Both the position numbers and the translations under genes were made by a program. A model generated the notes under the pieces. The model worked only from the letters and a program-made list of their open reading frames with translations. It made no database searches and was not told the origin of the DNA. Positions 50,432 to 60,551 of a DNA stretch of 64,000 nt are shown here, piece after piece. How positions within the stretch are numbered: position 1 is the first letter of the stretch; every line of letters starts with the position of its first letter. Origin of the DNA: Tubiluchus corallicola (Eukaryota > Animalia > Priapulida); contig JAQGDQ010002369.1 in NCBI GenBank assembly GCA_030141605.1, positions 186,001 through 250,000 of the forward strand, read 5' to 3'.

Positions 50432-52368
50432 AAATCGAAATTCAGTCTCCGAAAATTTCCACATCTCTGAATGCTGAGAAAGAAGGCGCTATCTGCCTTC
50501 TCTACCAGGAAAGCATTCATGAGCTTTTGAAAAAGACTCTCCCTCATGAGCTCTTTTTCAATACTGATTTTCCCCGTTCCGATGCAGAGCTTGTCTCTTT
50601 CTTAAATGACTCTTTGCCTGTTATTCATAGTGATGAACTGGGCGATGCGCCTTGCACTCTCTCAGCCATTATGTTGTGCAAGTATCGATTCAATGCAGCT
50701 CACTTTTTCTATGATCTGGTGAGTCGTTGGCTTATTCCAAACAAGCGATTGAACATCGAACTCTTTTTTGCTTCCGATTTCAAGTTGCCTGAATACGGAG
50801 ATGGCACATTTACGATTTCCCAAATCATGCTCCGCTTAAACTCAGTTCAGGAAGTAGAGGAGGTAAGAAGAAATCTCCGTTCGGTAGAGACAGAGCTGCG
50901 ACTGGGAGTTGTCTCCACCTACCATGCCAATCGCATTTTGGAGTTCAAAGGCCTTTCTTCTGACAAGAAGACTTCGTTGATTCAAGAAAAGATCGGATCT
51001 TTGATCCATAGTCCTAGCAAGGAAATCGACCGGACCATCTTTTCCCAAATGCAGCGTTTCCTGGTCACCTGTAGAGAAGAATTCAAAAGTGTTCGCGACT
51101 ATCATCATATCAGTCGTATCATCTCGGTCCTTCATGTGATCCGCAAATTGCTCAAGCAAAAGATCGAGGTGTTCCCAAATAAGCGGCACTTGATCGTGAA
51201 ATTTTTGAAAACTCGTTTGGCGACGCCCGGAAAAGAACGAACAGTTTTGGGAATTTTGGTCGGCCTCAATTTCCTGCGTGAACATGAAGTCTTCGAAGAA
51301 AAACATCTTCTAAACGCTGTCAAAAGCTATATTCCCAACGTTAAAGCAGTAGAAAATTCTTTCTTCCTCGATCGCAATCGTGAAAACACGATGCAGATGA
51401 TCTACCTGGAAATTGAAAAGGAAGATGGAAAGATCTTCTCGTTTGAAGAGATCCAACGATTGAGGAAAGTTCTTCCTGACCGCTTGAAAGGGCATATCGA
51501 ATATCTGATGCATCCAACATTTATGCCCCGCAATGAAGAAGAAGTGGTCAAAAATATCATGACTCTTTCCCGTCAGCTTAAATATGTCCACGATATCCCT
51601 CAGGTCATCATCTCCTATGAGGAACAGAAAAACGCTCAGCTTTCTTTTACCGTTATTTTTCTGAGAGTATTGAAACCTGCGGATGTTTCCATTCAGAAAG
51701 TCTTTCATCGAACTCATTCCTTTTTGAAATTCGTTCCTGACCGAGTTCGGAAAGTAGGCACTTTAAGAAGAAGGTACCCAAAGGAGGCGACTGTCTTCCG
51801 CGTGCTAATGCCGAAACAAAAATACATTCGGGCCGATCATTCGGTCGACCTTTATCAAGCGCGCCAAGAGGTCCTGACTGAGATCTATCGCGTCTTGGGC
51901 GAGGTCAGAGATTATAATGGAGGTTTGATCCATAAACAGAACGAGGTCTACCTCTCCTTGAAAACTTCCTTGGGGTCCATTGGCAAGCAGCATGAATTCC
52001 TATTAGAGAAGTTTTTCTACTCTATTGTACCAGTCGAAATGAGAAGCGTTGTTAAGCCGGAGGCTTTGAAACAACTCTTTCTGATGCTTCTTTCCGCGAT
52101 GAATAAAAAGAAGACCTACTCTAAAAAGACGCCTGATTGGCTTTTCAAGCAGGATGGCTCTCGGCTTTATGTCATCATCCCAATCAACGATCCCAAGAGA
52201 AAAGCCCGGATAATGGATGCTGTCGAAGGGCTTAACCTTCTTAGTAGCCAGCTTGTTTCCTTTTATCTCGATACGTATGATCTTCCGTTTTTGGGTTACA
52301 TCCTCCACACGGAAGACAAGGAAAAGCAGAAATGCTTCCTACAAAAAGTAGGGGAAGCCCTCGAATAG
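50428..52368 (+). CDS. 646-aa hypothetical protein coupled to the aspartokinase gene
   Basis: Long ORF with ATGA overlap; no family recognised (motifs MPRNEEE, RDYNGG). Confidence 0.8.
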   Translation: MKIEIQSPKISTSLNAEKEGAICLLYQESIHELLKKTLPHELFFNTDFPRSDAELVSFLNDSLPVIHSDELGDAPCTLSAIMLCKYRFNAAHFFYDLVSRWLIPNKRLNIELFFASDFKLPEYGDGTFTISQIMLRLNSVQEVEEVRRNLRSVETELRLGVVSTYHANRILEFKGLSSDKKTSLIQEKIGSLIHSPSKEIDRTIFSQMQRFLVTCREEFKSVRDYHHISRIISVLHVIRKLLKQKIEVFPNKRHLIVKFLKTRLATPGKERTVLGILVGLNFLREHEVFEEKHLLNAVKSYIPNVKAVENSFFLDRNRENTMQMIYLEIEKEDGKIFSFEEIQRLRKVLPDRLKGHIEYLMHPTFMPRNEEEVVKNIMTLSRQLKYVHDIPQVIISYEEQKNAQLSFTVIFLRVLKPADVSIQKVFHRTHSFLKFVPDRVRKVGTLRRRYPKEATVFRVLMPKQKYIRADHSVDLYQARQEVLTEIYRVLGEVRDYNGGLIHKQNEVYLSLKTSLGSIGKQHEFLLEKFFYSIVPVEMRSVVKPEALKQLFLMLLSAMNKKKTYSKKTPDWLFKQDGSRLYVIIPINDPKRKARIMDAVEGLNLLSSQLVSFYLDTYDLPFLGYILHTEDKEKQKCFLQKVGEALE

Positions 52369-52393
52369 TCTCGCTAATCTCTAAGTAGTTTCT

Positions 52394-53399
52394 TTAAAAA
52401 GCGTAGGAAGGATTTACAATGATCGTAAAAGAGGTCCAGCGAGCTTTGTATTGGCTGCCTAGGTCAAATGTTTGATCAAAACCGAAGAATTGGCTAAACC
52501 TACGAACGGTTAAGAAGCTAGTGGCGTTATGAGTACTGTAGTATAATAAAGACGCGAGAAAATCAATATTCCAATGGCCATCGATTTCATATCTTGCTTT
52601 TAACCAACCTTTGTGTCCTCGTGCCTGTAGTGTTGTATTTCGAATAGGGTTAACGATATCCGTTAAATCGGAGGCGAGGGGGCCTGTGCGAAAAATGCCT
52701 TCTATATTGAAACTGGTTTTTTTAAGAAACGAAAGCCAGTGATAGTCATACATTAGGCTAAACCAGAATTTTCTTACAGGCTGAAAAGTCAGTGAAACTC
52801 CAATGTAGGGACCCATCCATAGTTTGGTCGTTTGCCTTGAAACATCGAGAGTTAGCTCAAGCCTACTTCCAAAAGGTTGAACATCAGTTAGAATAAAGGG
52901 ATTCGTTTTAAGATTTCTTCTTCGATACCATTGCTGATCATATCCAAATCCAAAGAGGGGAGTTAGAGATAGAATTTTATGTGCTTCACAGCGCCAAAGA
53001 TTTATCTGGTACCCTACATTTCCATATGCAGAAGCCACTTCACCCGCGGGCGAAGCTTTATAGAATCCCGTACGAGGTGGTTCTGTTACGTCAGTGAAAA
53101 GGGTAGCTGAAATGTCAATATCGTCACCAGCTACGATCCATCCAAAAGTCCCCATTAATTGAACTTGTAGGGCTTTAGCTTTGAGATTTGCAAAGCCCAG
53201 CGATGAGAATACTATGTGACGGATCGCAATCCTCTGTGTATAGAGTATGGCCGGAGTCTGTGAGGCCAATAGGCCCTTCGATTCTGGAACGAATATGATC
53301 ATATTGATAACCAGGTCCTAGCCCAAAATCGATTTCGGGAATATCACTTGCTATCAGATTTCCAGCGAGAAGAAGTAATAACCAGCTTTTTCTCTTCAT
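52394..53399 (-). pseudogene. Outer-membrane beta-barrel protein (~334 aa), frameshifted near 53231
   Basis: Signal peptide MKRKSWLLLLLAG; aromatic-rich strands; C-terminal YAF; removing one G joins LYTE to IAIRH. Confidence 0.7.
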
Positions 53400-53533
53400 G
53401 AGTTCTTCATAAGAGAAGCGGAATTGCATTGTCAAATGAAAAGGCGAAGAAGCTTTATAGAGATCAGCTCCTCTAACTTGACTTTGCCGATCTAAACCTT
53501 TAGATTCGTGTCCTGAATCAAAGATGAAGGTTC

Positions 53534-54259
53534 ATGGAAAAAATTCCCATAGAAGTCTATCCCTCTATTCTGGCTGGAGATTTTGGACATTTAGCTGACG
53601 AAGCCAGACGTCTGGAAGATGCTGGAGCCGACGGAATTCACATCGATATTATGGATGGCCACTTTGTCCCTAATCTCACATTGGGTCCCAAAGCTGTTGC
53701 AGCCATCCGACGTTCAACTTCTCTTTTTCTAGATGTTCATATCATGATCTATAATCCTTTTGACTATGTAGAACGGTTAGTTGAAGCTGGTGCAGACAGG
53801 ATTATTTTTCATGTTGAGGCAACGGAAGATGTAGAAGATACATTGGAATATATCCGTAAATGCAACAAGCAGGCTGGACTTGCCTTCAATCCTGAAACTG
53901 CTGAATCGATCATCCCAAAGTATCTTGATAAATGTGACTCGATGCTGATGATGACAGTCCATCCTGGTTTTGGTGGACAGAAATTCATATCCGATGTCTT
54001 GGACAAGATTGAATTTACTCGTCAGACTTGTGAAAAGTTAAACATCCGCAAAGCTGGAGTGGTTCCTCAAGATAACCAAAAGCTCGCTGCTTTTGATATT
54101 TGTGTCGATGGTGGCATCAATATTGAAACGGCAAGGCAGGCAGTTAAGGCTGGTGCGAATATCTTGGTAGCTGGAACCTATCTTTTTCAACAGGCGGATA
54201 TTGCAAAAGGAATCTGTGAATTGAAAAACTGCATGGCTGCAAAAGAAAGTTGTGAATGA
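53534..54259 (+). CDS. rpe: Ribulose-phosphate 3-epimerase
   Basis: HIDIMDGHFVPN, MTVHPGFGGQ, VDGGI. Confidence 0.95.
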   Translation: MEKIPIEVYPSILAGDFGHLADEARRLEDAGADGIHIDIMDGHFVPNLTLGPKAVAAIRRSTSLFLDVHIMIYNPFDYVERLVEAGADRIIFHVEATEDVEDTLEYIRKCNKQAGLAFNPETAESIIPKYLDKCDSMLMMTVHPGFGGQKFISDVLDKIEFTRQTCEKLNIRKAGVVPQDNQKLAAFDICVDGGINIETARQAVKAGANILVAGTYLFQQADIAKGICELKNCMAAKESCE

Positions 54260-55218
54260 AGAAGATTGTCGTCATTGGAGGGGGAACTGGAAATTTTGTC
54301 GTACTGCGTGGATTGAAGCAGTACAATGTCGAGCTGACAGCTATTGTTTCCATGGCCGATGACGGGGGCAGTACTGGTGTCTTGCGTGATGAATTGGGAG
54401 TTCTTCCGCCGGGGGATGTGCGACAGTGCCTGATTGCCCTGTCTAATTCTTCCGGCCTTATGAGAAGCTTAATGAATTACCGTTTTGAAAATGGGAATTT
54501 GGGCGGGCATAGCTTCGGAAATCTTTTACTATCTGCTTTAGAAAAAGTAACGGGCAGCTTTGAAAAAGCTGTTGAAGAAACAGGGAGAATCCTCTTCATC
54601 GAGGGGAAGGTTATTCCTGTAACGATGCATCAAGTGCGCCTAAAGATGATTCTAAACAACCGAAAGGTGCTGGAAGGGGAGCGAGAGATCTATCTCTCCC
54701 AGGAAATTGATCAGGGATATAAAAGCCTTTATCTTGAGCCCTATCCGCAAGTCAATCCTCGAGTCATCGAAGAGATTGCGAATGCCGACTTAATCGTTTT
54801 AGGTCCCGGTGGTTGGTATACTTCCGTCATTCCAAACCTTCTTGTCGAGGGAGTGAGCAAAGCGATTGAAGAATCAAAAGCCAAGAAAATCTTCGTCGCC
54901 AATTTGATGAACCGAAAAGGACAGACGACAGGATTTAAAGTAAGCCATTATCTGAACGAACTGATCTCTTTTCTGGGAAAAGATATCTTCGACTATATTC
55001 TCATCAATCAGAGAAAACCAACAGTCGAATTGATCGAAGCGTATGCTGAAGAAGGAGAAATGGTAGAAAAAGACAAAGAGGACAAACGTTTCATTTGCGC
55101 CGATTTGCTTGGTCCCATTGCTCAAAGATCCCAAAATGATCTGATGCAGCGTTCTTTGATTCGTCATGATTCTAAAAAAGTAGCCCATGAGTTGATGAAA
55201 ATTGTTGATAATCTTTGA
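54256..55218 (+). CDS. YvcK/GlmR (CofD-like) family protein
   Basis: GGGTG, ADDGGSTG.LR, PPGDVR, GHSFGNL, GPG..YTS..PNLL. Confidence 0.9.
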   Translation: MKKIVVIGGGTGNFVVLRGLKQYNVELTAIVSMADDGGSTGVLRDELGVLPPGDVRQCLIALSNSSGLMRSLMNYRFENGNLGGHSFGNLLLSALEKVTGSFEKAVEETGRILFIEGKVIPVTMHQVRLKMILNNRKVLEGEREIYLSQEIDQGYKSLYLEPYPQVNPRVIEEIANADLIVLGPGGWYTSVIPNLLVEGVSKAIEESKAKKIFVANLMNRKGQTTGFKVSHYLNELISFLGKDIFDYILINQRKPTVELIEAYAEEGEMVEKDKEDKRFICADLLGPIAQRSQNDLMQRSLIRHDSKKVAHELMKIVDNL

Positions 55219-55891
55219 TTTAGATGACACTCTCATCGATACAACCGGGTCTCTGTCTCCATTTTTTTTGCGGCGTGCTTTCAAGAGAATGAAAGAAAGG
55301 GGACTCGAAGAAGAAGATGTAAATAAATTATTGGCTCTGAATCAGACCAGTTCCTCTTCTTCAAGTGCACTTCAAATATTTCTTAAACAGATCGGAGCCG
55401 ATCCTTCCTTTTATGAAATCGGAGCTGAAGCTTTAGCCGAGGCGCTTCCTGATGATCTGCAGGTTAATTCTTTAGAGGGGGCTCACTCATTATTGTCTGA
55501 ACTTTCTCACTCTCATCGACTTGCTTTGGTTACTTTTGGAGAGGAAAAGAGACAAAAGCAAAAGTGGGAAAAAGCTGGTATTGATAGTAGACTTTTTTGT
55601 AAGATAGTGTTCTCAAAACAAGAAAATAAAGAATTTATTTACAAGAAGCTTTTAGAAGAATTGCGCCTTCCTCCTAATCAATGTATAGTAGTAGGGGATC
55701 GACCAAAAGGGGATCTGTCAGGAGCAAAAAAACTGGGAATGTGGACTATCCACATGAAATGGGGGAGAGGGATTTATGCCGAGACAGATGCTGCGTGGGT
55801 CGATTTTGAAGTGCAAAGGCTTCTTGAGATTAAGGATAAAGTACAAGAGATAACATCATGGCGAACACCAACCAAATTCACCCGGGAATGA
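55202..55891 (+). CDS. HAD family hydrolase
   Basis: FDLDDTL, LVT, VGDR..D. Confidence 0.85.
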   Translation: MLIIFDLDDTLIDTTGSLSPFFLRRAFKRMKERGLEEEDVNKLLALNQTSSSSSSALQIFLKQIGADPSFYEIGAEALAEALPDDLQVNSLEGAHSLLSELSHSHRLALVTFGEEKRQKQKWEKAGIDSRLFCKIVFSKQENKEFIYKKLLEELRLPPNQCIVVGDRPKGDLSGAKKLGMWTIHMKWGRGIYAETDAAWVDFEVQRLLEIKDKVQEITSWRTPTKFTRE

Positions 55892-56418
55892 CCCTGAAGC
55901 TCGAAGGAAAAATCTTTCGGGTAGAATCGAGCGTAAAAGTTACCGTTGCAAAAGCCACTCCCTTTATCAAAACGAAATTGAGAGATCTCGTAACTGATGA
56001 GATCATCGAAAAGAATTTCAAACCGAACCAGAACGTCGATGAAGTAGCCCTGAAAGAACATACCCTCGAGTATCTCTATCCGGAAGAGAAGAATTATTTA
56101 TTTTTGGATATCGAAAACTTAAACCAGGTTCTCGTATCTATGGATGTTCTCGGAGAGAAAATCCATTACTTGAAAGAAGGCACTCAAGTGAAAGCAATGT
56201 TTTACGGAGAAGTGATCTTTTCGGTCGAACTTCCCCAATTCCTCGAACTGATGGTTGTGAAAACAGAAGCTCTAGGCGAGGATGCTATGGCCGTTTCCAA
56301 TACGACGAAAAAGGCTGTTTTGGAGACAGGTGCCAAGGTCGATGTTCCCCTTTTTATTGAAATGGGAGACGTCATCAAAGTCGATACACAAGAACATGAA
56401 TACATTCAAAGAGTCTAG
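55858..56418 (+). CDS. efp: Elongation factor P (chlamydial accB-linked paralog)
   Basis: LEYLY, K.A.LETG, VPLFI..GD.IKVDT. Confidence 0.9.
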   Translation: MANTNQIHPGMTLKLEGKIFRVESSVKVTVAKATPFIKTKLRDLVTDEIIEKNFKPNQNVDEVALKEHTLEYLYPEEKNYLFLDIENLNQVLVSMDVLGEKIHYLKEGTQVKAMFYGEVIFSVELPQFLELMVVKTEALGEDAMAVSNTTKKAVLETGAKVDVPLFIEMGDVIKVDTQEHEYIQRV

Positions 56419-56422
56419 TGTC

Positions 56423-56863
56423 ATGAATTTAGATGAGATCAAAGAATTGATGGACGCCCTCGTTGAGCGAGGTTTGAGAAAAGTGGTTTATAAAAACGGC
56501 GACATTGAAGTCCATCTTGAAAAAGAGGGAGCTCCAGCTCCCCCTTCAGTCCCGGCTGCTATTCCAGCTTCAGCTCCTGCTGTTGTGCCCAGTGCACCGG
56601 CGGCTGGTGAAGAAGAAGTCCAGGAGAAGGGAGATTTTGTAACATCTCCTATGGTCGGGACCTATTACTGCTGTCCAGCTCCTGAACATCCTCCCTTTAT
56701 AAAGGTGGGTGATCAGATAGATGAAGATACAGTCGTTTGTATTGTAGAGGCGATGAAAGTCATGAATGAAGTGAAAGCCGGAATAACTGGCAAAGTAGTG
56801 GAAATTCTTCTCGACAATGCCCAACCTGTGGAATACGGAACCAAACTATTTCGGATCGTATAA
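56423..56863 (+). CDS. accB: Acetyl-CoA carboxylase biotin carboxyl carrier protein
   Basis: SPMVGT, EAMKVMNE. Confidence 0.95.
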   Translation: MNLDEIKELMDALVERGLRKVVYKNGDIEVHLEKEGAPAPPSVPAAIPASAPAVVPSAPAAGEEEVQEKGDFVTSPMVGTYYCCPAPEHPPFIKVGDQIDEDTVVCIVEAMKVMNEVKAGITGKVVEILLDNAQPVEYGTKLFRIV

Positions 56864-56865
56864 TT

Positions 56866-58227
56866 ATGAAGAAAGTACTGATTGCCAATCGTGGAGAAAT
56901 AGCTGTTCGGATTATCCGGGCCTGTCATGATCTTGGATTGCAGACAGTTGCGGTCTATTCAGAAGCAGATGCCGAATCATTGCATGTTCTGCATGCGGAT
57001 GAGGCGATTTGTATCGGCGATGCACCTTCTCATAAATCCTACCTGAAAATTCCAAATATCCTTTCCGCATGTGAAATTACTGATGCCGATGCAGTCCATC
57101 CCGGTTATGGGTTTTTAAGTGAAAACGCCAATTTTGCTTCCATCTGCGAGAGCTGTGGTCTTGAGTTTATTGGGCCTTCGGCATACTCCATCGAATTGCT
57201 GGGTGATAAGTCACGGGCGAAGTCCATAGCAAAATCTGTGAAATGTCCAACGATCCCCGGCTCTGATGGAATCATCAGTGATGTGGAAGAGGCAAAGAAA
57301 GAAGCAAAAAAAATAGGCTTCCCAGTCTTCATTAAGGCTTCTGCAGGTGGAGGTGGTAAAGGAATCCGCATTGCTTATGATGAAGAAGATTTTGCGCGTA
57401 AATTTGTCGCAGCGCGAGCAGAAGCAGAAGTAAGTTTCAACAATCCCGATGTCTATCTCGAGAAAATGATCATGAATCCTCGCCACATCGAGGTCCAGAT
57501 CATGGGAGATAAATTCGGAAATTATGTTCATTTAGGTGAAAGAGACTGCACGATTCAAAGAAGAAGGCAGAAACTGATCGAAGAATCTCCCAGCCCGATC
57601 TTGTCCACATCCCAACGGAAGAAAATGGGACAGGCAGCCATTAATATTGCAAAAGCTGCCAAGTATCATTCAGTGGGCACCGTGGAATTTCTGGTCGATG
57701 CCGATAAACGATTCTACTTCATGGAAATGAATACACGAATTCAGGTAGAACATACCGTATCTGAAATCCTGACAGGAGTCGATCTTGTCCGGGAACAGAT
57801 CCGTATTGCCCGAGGTGAAAAACTTTCCGTCCGTCAAAAAGATATTCAATTCAATGGGCATGTCATCCAGTGCCGGATCAATGCTGAAGACCCAAAGAGA
57901 AATTTTGCTCCCTCTCCAGGGCTGTTGGAATACTTCATTCCTCCTGGAGGTCCACATGTCCGTGTGGACAGCGCCTGTTATACAGGCTATAGGATTCCTC
58001 CCTATTATGACTCTATGATCGCGAAGTTGATCGTGAATGGAAAAGATCGTACTGACGCTATCGCCAAAACGAAAAGAGCGCTCAGAGAGTTTCATATTTC
58101 AGGAGTTCACTCAACTGTTGATTTCCATCGTTTCATGCTGGAAGACCCTTCATTTTTATCGAACGATTATTCTTTAGAATATGTTGACCATCTTATCGAA
58201 GAAGGAGCTACCTTTTCTGATGAATGA
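56866..58227 (+). CDS. accC: Biotin carboxylase
   Basis: ANRGEIA, HPGYGFLSEN, GGGGKG, EMNTRIQVEH, RINAED. Confidence 0.97.
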   Translation: MKKVLIANRGEIAVRIIRACHDLGLQTVAVYSEADAESLHVLHADEAICIGDAPSHKSYLKIPNILSACEITDADAVHPGYGFLSENANFASICESCGLEFIGPSAYSIELLGDKSRAKSIAKSVKCPTIPGSDGIISDVEEAKKEAKKIGFPVFIKASAGGGGKGIRIAYDEEDFARKFVAARAEAEVSFNNPDVYLEKMIMNPRHIEVQIMGDKFGNYVHLGERDCTIQRRRQKLIEESPSPILSTSQRKKMGQAAINIAKAAKYHSVGTVEFLVDADKRFYFMEMNTRIQVEHTVSEILTGVDLVREQIRIARGEKLSVRQKDIQFNGHVIQCRINAEDPKRNFAPSPGLLEYFIPPGGPHVRVDSACYTGYRIPPYYDSMIAKLIVNGKDRTDAIAKTKRALREFHISGVHSTVDFHRFMLEDPSFLSNDYSLEYVDHLIEEGATFSDE

Positions 58228-58751
58228 GGAACATTTTGATCTTGAACTGTTGATCTCGGATCAGGCCATTCAACAAAAGATCAAAGAGACCGCAATTCAA
58301 TTAGAAGAAGATTACAAAGGGAAACCTCTCATCATTGTCATGGTGATGAAAGGAGCGATCTGTCTTGTCGCGGACTTGGATCCGTCACCTTAGCCTTCCT
58401 TTTGAGCTTGAATACGTTCATGCATCAAGCTACGGCCAAAGAGGAACAACTCCCGGAGAAGTAGTATTGCAGGAAGTAAGAAACCTCGATATCAAAGACA
58501 AACATGTTCTTATCATCGATGATATTTTTGATACCGGCAACACTCTGTCCAAAGTATCAAAGGCTCTTCAGGAGAAAGGTCCCGCTTCTTTGAAAAGCCT
58601 CGTCCTGCTTGAGAAAAAGATGGAAAGAAAAATAAAAATGCAACCTGAGTATGTTCTTTTCAAAATCGAAAACCTTTTCGTAGTAGGTTATGGACTCGAT
58701 TATAAAGAATACCTTCGCGGCCTTCGGGACATTTACATTTTAAATCAATAA
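58220..58751 (+). pseudogene. hpt: Hypoxanthine phosphoribosyltransferase, frameshifted at 58378-58379
   Basis: VMKGA..VADL in one frame; ASSYG, IIDDIFDTG, FVVGYGLDY in the next; one extra G. Confidence 0.85.
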
Positions 58752-58820
58752 AGACCTTCTTGATGCTTTGACAAAACTTCCGTATTATGTTCGGCATAAC
58801 TGAATTAATTTTGGATTATC

Positions 58821-59711
58821 ATGAAAGGCATCATTCTCGCTGGGGGATCGGGGACTCGTCTTTATCCCGCAACTTTGGCTCTCTGTAAACAGCTTCTTCC
58901 CATTTATGACAAACCGATGATCTATTATCCGTTGTCTGTTCTTATGCTTGCCAACATTCGGGATATTCTGATCATATCCACCCCGCAAGATACGCCCCGT
59001 TTTGAAAAACTGTTGAAAGACGGATCTCAATTTGGATTGAATATCACTTACAAAGTCCAACCGGAGCCGGGAGGATTGGCGCAAGCATTTATCCTCGGAG
59101 AGTCTTTCATCCAAGATGAGCCAGTTGCTCTCATCTTGGGAGATAATATTTTCTATGGGCATGACTTTGCTGCTCTTGTGCACACTGCCTCTTCTTTGAC
59201 TGAAGGAGCTTTGATCTTTGCCTATCATGTCAATGATCCAAAACGTTATGGCGTTGTTGAGTTCAATGAAACAGGCAAAGTTCTTTCCATCGAAGAAAAA
59301 CCCTCAAAGCCTAAATCATCTTATGCTGTGTGTGGCCTCTACTTCTACGATCCGCAGGTAGTTGAAATAGCCAAAAGCCTTAATCCATCAGCTAGAGGGG
59401 AGCTGGAGATCACTGATGTCAACAAAGCTTATCTCTCTCAAGGCAATCTTAGAATCCAACAGTTAGGACGAGGATATGCCTGGCTAGATACTGGAACCTT
59501 CGATGCCCTTAATAAAGCCTCCTCCTTTGTTCAGGCGATCCAGGAAAGACAAGGGATAAAGATTGCATGTATTGAAGAGATAGCGCACAGAATGGGCTTC
59601 ATCGATGAGACAGGACTTATGAAGTTGGCCGAACCGTTTTCGAACAATGAGTATGGAAAGTACTTAAGAAATATCGCTCAGAAGTTCTCAAGTGATTTGG
59701 TTTTGCGATAG
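58821..59711 (+). CDS. rfbA: Glucose-1-phosphate thymidylyltransferase
   Basis: [42 protein letters not shown]. Confidence 0.95.
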   Translation: MKGIILAGGSGTRLYPATLALCKQLLPIYDKPMIYYPLSVLMLANIRDILIISTPQDTPRFEKLLKDGSQFGLNITYKVQPEPGGLAQAFILGESFIQDEPVALILGDNIFYGHDFAALVHTASSLTEGALIFAYHVNDPKRYGVVEFNETGKVLSIEEKPSKPKSSYAVCGLYFYDPQVVEIAKSLNPSARGELEITDVNKAYLSQGNLRIQQLGRGYAWLDTGTFDALNKASSFVQAIQERQGIKIACIEEIAHRMGFIDETGLMKLAEPFSNNEYGKYLRNIAQKFSSDLVLR

Positions 59712-60361
59712 TGAGCTTCGATCCCATCTGCGATCTCATCAGGATCATCCGTTAGTGTGAACAATTGGAAGTCATCTTCTGTGATATTGCCTTCTTTAAC
59801 GACTTTGTTATTAAGCCAGTCAACCAGACCTGCCCAGTACTCTTTACCGACCAGATAAACAGGAAAAGGCTTTATTTTTTTTGTCTGGATCAAAGTCATG
59901 GACTCGAAAAGCTCATCCATCGTTCCATATCCACCCGGCAATACGATGAAAGCCTGGGCATAACGTACGAACATTACTTTACGGACAAAAAAGTAACGGA
60001 AGCTCAATTCATATCGGGAATCGATATAAGGGTTAGGTTTGTCTTCAGCCGGAAGATTGATGCAAAGCCCGCATGATTTCCCTTTCGCCTCTTGTGCTCC
60101 CTTATTGGCAGCCTCCATGATCCCAGGACCGCCGCCTGTGATGATCCCAAAACCTTTTTCAGACACTTTTTTCGCAATAAGTGTAGCCAGTTCGTAATAT
60201 TTAGGGTCGTGAGGCATGCGTGTGGAAGAGCCGAACATGGCGACTGAAGGACCGAGAAGGGTCATGGTCTCAAAACCATCGACGAATTCAGCAAGGATGC
60301 GGAATACTCTCCAGGAATCTAAACTGTGAACTCGTTTGTGAGGCTTAAGATGTTCGTCCAT
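59678..60361 (-). CDS. LOG family (TIGR00730-like) nucleotide phosphoribohydrolase
   Basis: [28 protein letters not shown]. Confidence 0.9.
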   Translation of the reverse strand: MDEHLKPHKRVHSLDSWRVFRILAEFVDGFETMTLLGPSVAMFGSSTRMPHDPKYYELATLIAKKVSEKGFGIITGGGPGIMEAANKGAQEAKGKSCGLCINLPAEDKPNPYIDSRYELSFRYFFVRKVMFVRYAQAFIVLPGGYGTMDELFESMTLIQTKKIKPFPVYLVGKEYWAGLVDWLNNKVVKEGNITEDDFQLFTLTDDPDEIADGIEAHYRKTKSLENF

Positions 60362-60387
60362 GTTTTAAAGGGGGGTTGGTTTGTCAT

Positions 60388-60542
60388 TTGAGACTTTTGC
60401 TTAAATCAGGAAGAGTGAAAATTGATGATTTTTGAGAAGTTTTCTTTTCGTAAGCCGTTCTCTTATGCGGGACGCCTCATAGGAAAAGAAAAATTCCAAA
60501 AAGAACAATTTTGACCTATCTTGAGTTAAGCAAAGGTCTCAA
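60388..60542. repeat. ~155 bp imperfect palindromic MITE-like element
   Basis: TTGAGACTTTTGCTTAAATCAGGA / TCTTGAGTTAAGCAAAGGTCTCAA; inner arms also complementary. Confidence 0.8.
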
Positions 60543-60551
60543 TTATTCCTT

